From Mantamonas sphyraenae STR306 (lineage: Eukaryota > Protista > CRuMs): a DNA stretch of 64,000 bases. Shown here piece after piece: positions 22,876 to 34,210 of the stretch (within the stretch, counting starts at the first letter, position 1; each line of letters starts with the position of its first letter). Both the position numbers and the translations under genes were made by a program. Below the pieces are notes generated by a model. The model saw nothing but the letters and a program-made list of their open reading frames with translations, had not been told where the DNA came from and did no database searches. The DNA lies in contig JAPMXV010000052.1 of the NCBI GenBank assembly GCA_026936335.1, positions 310,001-374,000 on the forward strand, in the 5' to 3' direction.

Positions 22876-22982
22876 TCGGCCTACAGATCCAAATCCACAG
22901 GCTTACCCATACTACCTTGTCGCACCATGTGGTGCATCGACTAGCCGAATGCCATGTGCACAGTCATGTGGCCAATACAATA
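22876..22982 (+). ncRNA. Putative omegaRNA scaffold (may begin inside the ORF); guide predicted from the right flank (~22983-23002)
   Basis: Lies between the Fanzor stop and the element end. Hairpins at 22919-22941 and 22951-22972 (two G-U pairs), and a long-range stem 22876-22883/22942-22948. Confidence 0.6.
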
Positions 22983-23432
22983 CCGACAGAGCTGCTTGCC
23001 AACGCAAACTCGAATCTGCAGCCCTGGCGACGACCAGCTCATCTCGTTTTCCTCCTTCAGTTGCCGCGACGGCCCACGCCACGCCGTCGGGAGACCCACG
23101 GTGACACACATGCCTGGTTCCACCGCCTTCTCCGGATCATCCTCGGCATCGACAATGACGAGTTTGCCGTTTCGAATTCCCAACTGAAACTGTGAATCGG
23201 CAAACGCGGGGCACAACCCGGCGTCCATCTCCGTAGTCACATTGGCCCAACGCTGAAACGCTGCCGGGTTTGTGCAGTTGCTCACCACCTTTGTGCGGAA
23301 CAGCGCCTTCCGCGTCCCGTCTTCTCCGTGGCCCCACGCGTGCTCCTCCGTCTCCCTGCGATGCCCACCGGGTGATCGCCGAACCGACAGTTTGCGCTTA
23401 CTCTTTTCCGATGACTTCTTCCCACCAAACAT
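22981..23432 (-). pseudogene. LCCL/F-box-like paralogue B, 5' part
   Basis: ATG at 23432 (MFGGKK). FADSQFQLGIRNGKLVI..WSSPGLQIRVCVGKQLC aligns with paralogue A FCESALALDVHDGHLVF..FSSADIAYHCCLGKPHC. Confidence 0.85.
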
Positions 23433-23524
23433 CCCGTTGATCGCCGTGGGTTCGTTGATGTCGCGCGCGAGAGTTGGCCAAGCCTCCGCCGCCGCCACAC
23501 CCACCCAATCATCACACGCCACCA

Positions 23525-24942
23525 ATGGCCTGCATCAACGTGCAGATGGGCCAGTGTGGAAACACAGTCGGCTACGAGCTCTACGCCAAGCTGGTGGAGG
23601 AGATGGCCTGCGCCAGCAGCGAGGTGCGCGCTTCTGTGTTTGACACCTTTTTCCGTGCCACCAAGGATTCCGAGCGCGCCGTCGCACGCGCCTGCCTCAT
23701 CGATATGGAGCCCAAAGTCATTTACAGCGTCATGGACTCTGCAGACGCCTCCCCGTCCTGGCAGTACGACCCGGCGCGCGTCTACCACAAACAGAGCGGC
23801 TCTGCAAATAACTGGGCATACGGATACCACCAGCACGGCTCGGCCACCTCGGAAGACATCTTGGAACGGGTTCAGGCCGAGGTGGAGCAGTGTGACGCCT
23901 TGGCAGCCTTTGTGGTGCACCATTCCCTCGCAGGCGGCACCGGCTCGGGCCTGGGCACGGCCATCACCGAGCTCCTGCGCGACGAATACTCGCATGCAAG
24001 CATTGCCAACAACGTGGTCTGGCCATACCGCAGTGGCGAAGTCATCCTGCAGAACTACAACGCCCTGCTTACGCTCTCCCACCTTTACGACGTCTCCGAC
24101 GCCGTGCTCATCTTTGAGAACGACACTGTTCACCACATCTGCCAAAACGGCCTGGGCATCAAACAGGTCCGTTTCCAGGATCTGAACAGGGTCATCGGCC
24201 GCCAGCTCGTCAGTGCCCTGCTCCCGCCTATCCAGACGGCAGCAACGACCTGCAGGCTGCCCTCCCGGGTCTCATTCGCCACATGTGTCCCCATGCGGGC
24301 TACAAGCTCATGCACATCACCGCAGTGCCCCAGTTCAGCGAGCAGAGCAAGGACTTTCAAGTCCACCGCTGGCCGGGGCTCCTCTCTGAGCTGCGCCAGA
24401 TGGTCATCACACGCAGCAAAACCACAGTCGGCATGAACTGGCAACTCGGCGCAGGCGCGGGCTCTTCTTCCTCCTCGTCCTCGTCCTCGTCCTCGTCCTC
24501 ATCCTCCGCCAATCGCCGATACCGAGCAGCCGCACGCAGCAAGGCTTCCGATGGCCAATTTGTGGCCACCACCACACTGGCTGCTCGCCTTGTGCTGCGT
24601 GGCTCCAACGCACATGCAGTCAACGTGGAGGATTGGCTCGACCCACGTATGTATGCCTCCTGGAATGCCGACGATGCCTTCCAGTGCTTGACCCACACAG
24701 ACGACTTTGACGGCTATGAAAAGGCTGCTAGTGTCGTCCACAACGACGACAGCGTCGCAGAGCCTCTCGAAGCCCTTGTGGCCAAGGCCTACGAGATGTT
24801 CCGTGCCCAAGCCTTTCTCCACCACTTTGAAAAGTGCGGCGTCAGCAAGGTCGACTTTGTCGAGCGCCTTGTCCAGCTCGAGCAGATCATTGATTCCTAC
24901 TCCTCGCTCGGCAAGGCCAAAGGCAAGGACGCAGACAGGTAG
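23525..24942 (+). CDS. TUBD1: Delta-tubulin (one apparent frameshift near 24225)
   Basis: VQMGQCGN, IDMEPKVI, SGSANNWAYGY, HSLAGGTGSGLG, VWPYRSGEVILQNYN and C-terminal YEKAASVVHN..KAYEMFRAQAFLHHF, all typical of the delta family. Confidence 0.9.
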
Positions 24943-25353
24943 AGCTGGACGGAGAGTGGAACGGTGGAGATGCCCCTGTTTGCACAGCATCCGCCCTCCT
25001 CCATCCAACAATTCTCCTGTCCTCACCAACACCAGCAGCCATGCTGTTCGGCTAACCATCACCACACGCACACATTGTACAGTGCACAGACGACTTTACG
25101 ACTTCTTCACCCTCCTCTCCTCCTCCCTCCTTGTACGTGCGCCTGCGGTTCGGGACGCGGATCCACTCTCCACCATCGCCAATGACGATCAAACTCAATG
25201 CACAATGGAATCTCGTTAAACTTAACCACGCAAAAAAAGCAAGTGGTCGTGATGAGATTGCAGAAAAACTTCATCTGAGGCACTTTCCGCTTGCACCGTT
25301 TTCCCTCTCCTCTGCGCATGCGCTCCTTCTCCTCCTCCCACTGCTCACACTGC

Positions 25354-28300
25354 TCACACTGCCTTGTTTGCGGCCACCCAGTTGCACACGTTGGTCAGAT
25401 GGGTCTGGGTCCACTGGATGCGGTCCTTGATGCCCTCGAGACCCGCGGCCAGCGCCCGGTCGTACCCGCTTTGGTCCTTGCCCTTGAAAAACGCGGCCAC
25501 GTCGTCGTACTCCTCCTGCGTCGTCTTGACACGCAGCAGCGACTTGATGATCTCCACCAGCGAGAACGACTGCGTGCCAAAGCGCGTGTGCAGCGTGCCA
25601 AAGTTGCTCTTGAACCAGCCCCAGGTCGTCGGCCCGCCGTTCACAGTGCTGCCGCACAACGCCACAATGAACACCGGATCCTGCGCACGCAGCTTTGCAT
25701 CGCCACTCAAGCTGTAATCCAGCATCTTGCGCACATCCACCGTCGACTGAGCCTGTGTCAGTGCATACTGCATCATCATGCGTGTCGACAGCGTGCTCTC
25801 CGCCTTGTACTTGTTGAACAGCTTGTCGAACCGTGCCGTGCCGCCCCAGCGCATGGCCGACACAAGCACAGGCAGCAACATCGAGTTGTCCACCGACGCC
25901 TTGCCGTCCACCCACTGGTCAAACAAAGGCAGGCCCTTTTCCTTGGCCGTACTTTCGCTGTTCACTGCCATCGCCTGCTGCACAAACGACCGCATGATCT
26001 TGTTCGGGTGCGCCTCATTCGCAGGTGCATTCCACCCCAGCGTCACACTCGTTGCGTTCAGCAGCGCCGCAATGTACGCCTCCAGGTCCTGCTCGCAGCC
26101 CGTGTTTGCGTGCACCAGCACCTTCAGCCCGCCCAGCTCACCCACCATTGCCTGCAGCGGCACAAGCGCCTGTTCCGTCTTTGCGTTCTTGGTCAGCTTC
26201 AGGGCATTGGTCATGGTCTGCAACCCGGCGCTCGCAAGCGCAAACGTGTCGTACACGAGACCCGCTCGATCCACGCTGGACAACTTGTTGCCATTCGTCA
26301 TCGAAGCAGCCAGTGCGTCAAACATGGCCTGCGGATAGTTCACACGGTAGAAGCCGTTCTGGTTCCAGTTGGCCTTCATCCAGCCGTCTGCGCCAATGTT
26401 GAAGTTGATCGCCTTTGTGTTCCGCTCTCCGTTCAGCAGCTGCACCACCGTCGTCGTGCTCCCTTCCGTGCGGTAGTCAAACGGTGACACCCACATAACC
26501 TCGTTTTGGCCCGTGTTCAGCTTCTCGTTGGAAAAGAATCGGTCCTGGCGAGCTGTCACCAAATTCGGCGTCGTTTGCGTCAAGTTGAACACGGGGAATC
26601 CCGGCTGCGTCAGGTACGACTGCATCATGTCTGCCACCTTGATGTTGTTGTTACGCACCGTGTCCGTGAACGCCTGCCACAGGTCACTGCTCTTGGCGTT
26701 TCCGTACGCATGGCGGTTGATGTACAGCTTGATGGCGTCCGTAAACGCAGCCTGCGTCGCCGCCACGTCCAGATAACCACGCAGCATGCGCAGCACAGAC
26801 GCGCCCTTCTTGTACGAGATCGAGTCAAACAGCTGTCGGATCTCGCTCGGGTTGTTCACCTCAAGCTGGATCTTGTGCGTGCTCTGCTTGGCATCCAGCA
26901 CCATGGCCGCCTGCACTTCGTTGGCATACAACTTGTCCAGCATGCCCCACGACGGCTCCACGTTGTTGGCGCCCAGGTACGACACGTACGTCGCAAAGCC
27001 CTCGTTCAACCACAGATCGTCCCACCACTCCATCGTCACCAGATCGCCAAACCACTGGTGTGCCAGCTCGTGCGTCACTGTCACAAGCACGCCCTCCTGC
27101 ACGCGCGGGTTCGTCAGGTTGCCCTCCACGTACAGAGCCGACTCGGAAAACGTGATGCAGCCCCAGTTTTCCATGCCTCCCTCCTTGTAGTCCGGGATGG
27201 CAATCAGGTCCATCTTGGGCAGCGGGAAAGGGTGGCCAAACAGCGAGCTGTAGTACGGCAGCGTCTTGACCGCAGCGTTCAGTGCAAAGTTGCCCACCGT
27301 GTTGCGCTCGGGAGGCATCCACACGTTCACCTGCGTGCCCTCCGTCGTCTTGGCTCCCACCGACACGTAGTCGCACACCACAAACACAACCAGATACGTG
27401 CTCATGCGCGGCGTTGTCTTGAACTTCACCACCTTGCTCTTTCCGTCCTTGCTCTCCGTGTTGCTCTCTTGCGGCATGTTGCTCAGCACCGTCGGGTACT
27501 TCTTCGGCGCCGTGATCGTGATCGTAAAGTTTGCCTTCATGTTTGGCTGGTCAAAGCACGGGAACGCCTTGCGCGCGTCTGTCGGCTACCCTCGCGCGCA
27601 TAGTGTGTCACGCCGCCCATCGTCCCATCGTCACCATTCCACCGACCCAAGCGCACAGATCGTGTGTGTGTGTGTGTGTATGCGCGTTTGGTCGTGCCAG
27701 TTGTCAGCAAGCTGCCACAACATCGCTCACTTCCGTCTCCACTCCTCACCACCCTCCCCCCCCGCCCCCTTTTACCTCAAAGTCGGTGGACATCATGTAC
27801 ACCTTTTCGTTCTTGTCGTTCAGCCGCTGGGCGCGGTAGGCACCTGAAAGCTGGTCGGTGTAAATCGACGCCTGGTACTCCAGCTCCATTTCCAGAGGAC
27901 CCACGGGCAGATCGTGGCGAAAGTAAAACACATGCACCTCGTACTTGACGCTCGACGACGTCTGGATGGGCACAATTGCCTTGCCGTTCCGCCACACCTT
28001 GTTCCGCAACAACTTCAAGTCCTTGCCATGGAACACAATCTTGTTGGTGGGTTTCACAACCTGTGTGTGTGTGTGCGTGGGTGCATGTCGATACCGCGCC
28101 TGTGTGTCAGAGATCCAGCCTGTGTCTGTGTGTCCCTCCTCGCCCCGTGGCGCGCCCAACCTCGTTTGCGCCCAAGCCCTCCCGTTTTCTCCGCCCTGCC
28201 GCCCTTCCTTACGTTCATCTTGATGCGCACGGTGCCGTACAGAACCCAGTTGTCCATGTCTGGAGCCAGGTTGAGCTCGTACGACGTCGGCTGGATGTTC

Positions 28301-28449
28301 TCCGGCAGCTGGTACGCCTCATACGGCGGATACTTGCTCACGAACGTCTTGGCGATGGGCAGCAGCACAAGCACCACCACCGTGATCGCTGCCGCCACAA
28401 AAACCACAGCAAACGCAGTGATCAGCACTCCCTTTGTGCTCGAGTCCAT
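25354..28449 (-). CDS. M1 zinc aminopeptidase (aminopeptidase N/ERAP-like) with N-terminal signal anchor, ~3 exons
   Basis: [34 protein letters not shown] and an ERAP1-like C-terminus. TM segment [22 protein letters not shown] follows the ATG at 28449. Confidence 0.93.
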
Positions 28450-28905
28450 TGTCGACCACCCTGGGCAGCTCGATACCCTGTGTATACCCACGTACGCACG
28501 CCATAAACGCACAAATGGGTCGTCAGCTTCTTCAGGCCTTTCCTCCCGTCCTTGCCACACGCCTGCAAAACCCACAGCGGCCTCTCTCTCTGTCTCGCTC
28601 TCTCTCTATGTCTTCCTCTTTCTCCTCTCCATCTCCGAAGCGTACTGGACCGCCTCCCCACGCATCCCCTCGCTACGCAAACCTACGGAATCGGGTCGCT
28701 TTCGTCCACCATCAGCTTGCGAAAGCGTCGCGAACCGCCTGCGCGTCCGCCCTGATCGCCGGCCAGTAGGCCATGCTCCTCGTCTTCACTCGCTACCGGT
28801 TGATACTTGCCCGACATGCGCCGTGAATTGCGGTTTTCGTTGGGTCTCGCTCGCGCGCCCGTCTTGCCCGTTGTCGTCCATCCAAATCCCTTCTTCGCCA
28901 CCATC

Positions 28906-31900
28906 ATGGACCGCCTGCTGGATCGAAACGGCGACTTTGACGTGACTGCATTCGATGCAGTCGTCGACATCTTTGAAGACCCGCAACCAAACGCGGACGA
29001 CGTATGTCATCGCACGTTCCCACACCTCACCATCGCCGTTGCCAGCCCATATCAGCAATCCGCCCTTTGCATGTGCCAATCCTGCCTTCCTTGCCTCCCC
29101 TCGCCGCCTGCGCAGCCCTCCACCATCACATTCCTGCAAACCGCAGTCCGCTGACATCGCGAGCCCAACTCCCGACGCCTTGCAAACGCAGTGGGAGGAG
29201 GCCAACGAGGTGCTCAACGAGCTCATGGAGCAGGATGACGCCTGGGAAAAGGTCGACCAGATCCTGGAGCAGAGCACAAGCGTCCCGTCCAAGTTCCACG
29301 CCCTCAGGATACTCGAAAAGACCATCCAGCACAGGTGGAAGGCGCTCCCTGCCGAGCAGCGTTCCGCCATCCGCGACTTTATTGTCGACGCCATCATCAC
29401 AAAGACCTCGGACTACGACACCATGACCGCACAACGCAGCTACATCAAGAAGCTCAACAGTTGTCTCATCGAGGTCAGTGCACCTCCATCCATTCCCTCG
29501 CCCTGCGCCTGCCTTCCCCGTCAGGCCCTTGTTCCTGACCGCCTGACCAACTCCACTCACACGCGTTGCCACCTCCCTCCAGATCCTCAAGCGTGAGTGG
29601 CCCCACAACTGGCCCTCCTTCATCCCTGACATCGTTGGGGCTGGCCGTGCCAACGAGAGCATCTGCGAAAACAACATGAAGATCCTCCTCCTCCTCAGGT
29701 CAGTTCTCGAGGCGCGCCAAAATGGGAAACGGAAACTACGCCCTGGCCGTTCTCCCCGCCCTTCGCCCTTGCCCCACTCCCCACGCACATCCTCTCGCCC
29801 GCCCCACCCTCCCTCCTTGCCTATCCTCTCCACACATCCATCCCTTCACCCTCCTCGCTGCCTTCTTCCCTCCCCTTTGCCGCCGTCCGTCGGTCCGCGA
29901 CTCGCGCATTTTTCCACGCTCCGCTCCTTTCCCACACCACCATGTGCATGCTCCTATCCTCCCCCTCTCCACGCATGGCTTCCCTCTCCTGCATCCCTTG
30001 TGTGTACGGGCCTCCTTCATGCCCCACTCCCCTCACTGCGTCCAATCCGCTCACACCGCACCGTCCCGCTCACGTGTCACTCCACGTCCATCCTTTGCCC
30101 ATCCGTTGCCCACCACAGTGAGGATATCTTTGACTTTTCCGAGGGACGCATCACCTCACGCAAGACCCAGGAGCTCAAGTCCTCCCTCAACCAGGAGTTT
30201 GACATTGTCTACGACCTCATCATGGAGGTCCTCACAGACTACGTCGACAACACTTCCCTCGTCTACCACACCCTTGGCACCCTCCAGGGCTTCCTCAGCT
30301 GGATTCCCGTCGGCTACATCTTTGAAACAAACATGGTGCAGAGTCTCGTCTCCAACTGTCTTCCCGTCGAGAAGCTGCGCAACCGCACCCTCCGCTGCCT
30401 CATCGAAATCGCAAACCTCGCCGTCGACAACGACGACTACTTCCGTGTCCAGGTTGACATGTACGTCGGCGTCATGCAGGAGCTCGAAAACATCCTCGTC
30501 GACCTCGAGCGCCAGATCCAGCCCGAGGACCAGGCCGACCTCTGGAACGCCATCTGGCTCGAGGGCTCTTCCGACGACGCAGAGTTTGTCCGCATCGTCG
30601 GCCTCTTCCTCGTCGCCATCTTCAAGCACCACGGCGAAGCCCTCGAAAAGGAGGAGAGCCAGCTCGTCTTTGCCGGCCACGAGCTCCTCCTCGACATCTC
30701 TTCCGTCGAGGACGTCGAGGTCTTCAAATTGTGCCTCGAATACTGGAAGCACCTCGCCAAGCAGCTGTACATGATCGGCCCCTGGAGGTACCAGAAGAAA
30801 AAGGGCCCCGGCGGCCTCAAGATCGGCTCCTCTCGCACGCAGGCCTTCCGCGTCAACGACCGCCAGGACGACGACAGCGAACGCATCGCCTACTTTGCCG
30901 CCATCCTCTCCAAGCTTCGAAGGCTCCTCATCGAGCGCATGCCCAGGCCTGAGGAGGTTCTCATTGTCGAGGACGAGTTTGGCAAGATCATCAAGGAGCG
31001 CCTCAAGGACACAGACGCCATTGCCATGTACAAGAACATGAAGGCCACTCTCGTGTTCCTCACCCATCTCGACGGCAAAGACACAGAAGAAATCATGCAG
31101 GACAAGCTGCGCTTGCAAAAGAACCCCAAGCACTACTCCTGGCACTCTCTGAACACCCTCTGCTGGGCCATCGGCGCCATCAGCGGCTCCCAGGGCGTCG
31201 ACTCGGAGAAGCGTTTCCTCGTCACCGTCATTCGCGACCTCCTCACCCTTGTCGAGAACAAATCCGGCAAGGACAACAAGGCAATGATCGCCTCCAACAT
31301 CATGTACATTGTGTCCCAGTACCCGCGGTTCCTCAAGGCCCACTGGCACTTTCTCACCACCGTCGTCACAAAACTCTTTGAGTTTATGCTTGAAACCCAT
31401 CCGGGTGTGCAGGACATGGCCGTCGAAACCTTCCTCAAGATCTCCTCCCGCTGCGCCCTCAAGTTTGCCACGCCCCAGGACAAGAACGACGACCCCTACG
31501 TCGAGGACATCCTACTCAAGCTGCCCAAGCACATCCAGCTCCTCGAGCCCCACCAGGTCCACATGCTCTACGAGTCTGTCGGCCACATGATTGCCGCCGT
31601 CGAGTCGGCCGACATGCGTGAGCAGTACCTCACCGAAATGTTTGAGCTGCCCAACCAGCAGTGGAACCAGCTCATGGACGCCGCCAGCGCAAACGTCGAC
31701 TCCCTCCAAGACCCAGGCATGTGCTCCGACATTGCAAACATCCTTGGCGTCAACGAAAAGGTCGCCGGCTCCGCCGGTCCGTCCTACGAGACCCAACTCA
31801 GCCGCATCTACATGGACCTCTTTGACGTCTATCGCACCGTCAGTGGCTTTATCAGCGAGCAGTACGCACAGGACAACGTCCACCAGGACCAGGTTGCCGC

Positions 31901-32927
31901 CTGGCGCACTGTCAAGCAGTACACCGTCAAACTCGTCGAGGCCTTTATCCGCAACGCAGAGGATCTCGACATGGTCACCAACGACTTTCTGCCGCCCCTT
32001 CTCGACACCGTCCTCAACGACTACAACGAGAGTGAGCCCGAGGCTCGCGACGCAGAGGTCCTCGCCCTCACAGGCACCATCATCAGCTCTCTCAACGGAC
32101 GCCTCTCTGAAGATATGCTCACACAGGTGTTTACCACTGTGTTTGAGGTCACCGTCAACATGCTCCGCGACGGCTACAGCGACTTTACAGACATCCGCCT
32201 CGAGTTTTACAAGCTGCTCACCGCCTTCAACGACCACGGCTTCGAAGTCTTTCTCAACATCAACGAGGAGCTGTTCTCCCTGTTTATCAACGCCCTCATC
32301 CACGGCATGCGCAGCTACGACCGCCAAATCAGCGAAATTTCCCTCACCCTGCTGGAGAACTTCCTGGTCAACGTGCGCCAGTCGCCCATCAGCGACGACT
32401 TTTTCTCCGCCTACTTTGTGCACCTGCTCGAAGAGCTGCTGGTCATCCTCACCGACGCCCTGCACGCGGGCTCCCTGCGTATCCTGGCCAACATTCTGGC
32501 CATGATGTTCGACATGGTCATTGGCGAGGAAATCGGCCTGCCCATCTGGGACGAGAACGACGAGACCATCAATCTGGAAACCGTGGAGATGAACAACCCG
32601 CTGTTCTTGCATGGCCACATGATGCATCTGATCGGCAGCTCCTTCAAGAATCTGTCGGAGAGCCAGGTCGAGCGTTTTGTGGACAACCTCGGCGACACGT
32701 GCCAAGACCCGCACGCCTTCAAGGAGGAGTTGCGCGATTTTTTGGTTGAGATGAACGAGTACTCTGACGACAGCGATAACGACAAATACCTTGCCTACGA
32801 GGAGGAGGAGGAGCGCCAGCGCCAACAGGATGAGATGAACGAGTACGAGCTCAGTGTCCCGGGTCTCGTTGGGCCCTTTGACTCCAGGAGAAAGGGCCAA
32901 GATATGGCGGAGGAGGACATGGATTGA
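28906..32927 (+). CDS. XPO1: Exportin-1/CRM1, multi-exon
   Basis: ILK.EWPHNW, CENNMKIL, LSWIPVGYIFET, MPRPEEVLIVE, LNTLCWAIGAISG, GKDNKAMIASNIMYIVSQYPRFLKAHW, ETHPGVQDMA. Confidence 0.95.
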
Positions 32928-33035
32928 ACTCGAAATGGAAGCACAGAATCAAAATGAGAGAGTGGAAGAATCGTTTCGCTGCGTCGTCCGCCACCCCACC
33001 CACCGCATCCCTCTGCTGCCTGACCCGACACAGCC

Positions 33036-34196
33036 ATGTTCAATTCCACCACATCCCAGCGCCCGTCTCTATCGCCGGTGCTGCCTGTGACCAATGTCAG
33101 CCAGCCTGTCGAGCTGCCTGCAGCGGCCGCGGCCGAGGCAAAGGGCAAGCAAGACCTCGACGCAGACGAGAGGCAGTTTCTCGTGTCCGTCATCGACTTT
33201 TCATCTCTACCCGCTTGGGCTCAGATGATGATTGCCGTCACTGGCATCTTTGGGGGCTATGTTGTGTACGGCTACGCCCAGGAGCGTCTTTTCCGCACGC
33301 CGGGCTTCACCTTTGGCTGGGTCCTCACCCTCTTCCAGTTTACTGTGTACGCCGTGCTTAGTGGCACCGAGCGCGTGCTCACGGGTGACGTCCAGCGACG
33401 TGCTCCCTGGTGGTCCTACGCCATCTTGGCCTTTACCCTCGTCGCAAGCATGGGCCTCAGCAACACTGCCTGCACCATCCTCCCCTACCCGACCCAGGTC
33501 GTTTTCAAGTCCACAAAGACCATCCCTGTCATGATTGCAGGCTTTTTCATCCTCGGCCAGTCCTACCAGTTTCTGGAATACGTCGCCACGGGCCTTCTCA
33601 CCGCGGGCCTCATTACATTCACCCTCGCCGACCAGACGGCTCGTGGATCCCTCGAGTTTCCCACCGCCGGCATCCTTCTCATGACAGGCGCCCTTTGCGG
33701 CGATGCCTGCATTGCCAACTACCAAAGTCTGGTGTTCCGCAAGTTCAAGGTCAACCCCCGCGAAATGCTCTACTACTCCGACGTTGTCGGTGCCGCCTAC
33801 CTGCTCGTCATTGCCTTTGCCGTCGGCGAACTCTTCCCTGCCATCTATTATCTGTACAATTACCCATCTCTGGTCGGCTGGATGCTCGTCTTTTCTGTAA
33901 GTGGCTACATAGGCGTGCAGTTTGTCCTCGCCGCCATCCGTCGCTTCGGCCCGCTCCTCGTCGTCGTCATCACCTCCACACGCAAGGCTGTCACCCTCGT
34001 GGTCAGCTTCATTGTGTTTCCCAAGCCCATGGCTCCTGGCCACGTCTACGGCGGCGTCATTCTCTTTTCCGGCATCCTTCTCCACGCCTACGTCAAGAAC
34101 AGGGCGGACGTTGACCGCATTGTGCGCATCTGGGTCGCCAAAATGATGGCCACCCGCGCAAGCAATGGCGAACACCGAAAGTTGCTGGATGTGTGA
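33036..34196 (+). CDS. SLC35B3: PAPS transporter 2 (UAA family nucleotide-sugar transporter)
   Basis: YVVYGYAQE, GWVLTLFQF, MGLSN..YPTQVVFKSTKTIPVM, ITSTRKAVTL..FPKP; ~10 TM segments. Confidence 0.85.
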   Translation: MFNSTTSQRPSLSPVLPVTNVSQPVELPAAAAAEAKGKQDLDADERQFLVSVIDFSSLPAWAQMMIAVTGIFGGYVVYGYAQERLFRTPGFTFGWVLTLFQFTVYAVLSGTERVLTGDVQRRAPWWSYAILAFTLVASMGLSNTACTILPYPTQVVFKSTKTIPVMIAGFFILGQSYQFLEYVATGLLTAGLITFTLADQTARGSLEFPTAGILLMTGALCGDACIANYQSLVFRKFKVNPREMLYYSDVVGAAYLLVIAFAVGELFPAIYYLYNYPSLVGWMLVFSVSGYIGVQFVLAAIRRFGPLLVVVITSTRKAVTLVVSFIVFPKPMAPGHVYGGVILFSGILLHAYVKNRADVDRIVRIWVAKMMATRASNGEHRKLLDV

Positions 34197-34210
34197 CAAC
34201 AACTCAAGGT

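Larger units (their letters stand above)
16355..22980 (+). mobile_element. Fanzor-carrying DNA transposon-like element, 6,626 bp, TA-flanked, degenerate bipartite TIRs, no recognisable DDE transposase
   Basis: TA at 16353-16354 and 22981-22982. Excision restores the host frame (..KQLCR-Y-TKSRCVGTNPLY..). The ends share TTGT(N13)CTGTGnAC (14/25 identical, ungapped). Confidence 0.9.

Noticed and set aside
16355-22980. Bacterial IS200/IS605/IS607 contamination or chimera
   Set aside because: No TnpA (Y1 or serine recombinase) is seen. The element has a spliceosomal-type intron and NLS-like tails, and sits precisely inside a eukaryotic gene.
24213-24235. 23-nt micro-intron fixing delta-tubulin
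   Set aside because: It restores the frame but deletes the conserved S.L.P segment and is far shorter than other introns here. A missing C in CTCCCG is simpler.
24943-25350. ncRNA or small gene in the largest intergenic gap
   Set aside because: No tRNA/snRNA motif or convincing ORF; probably convergent 3' UTRs.
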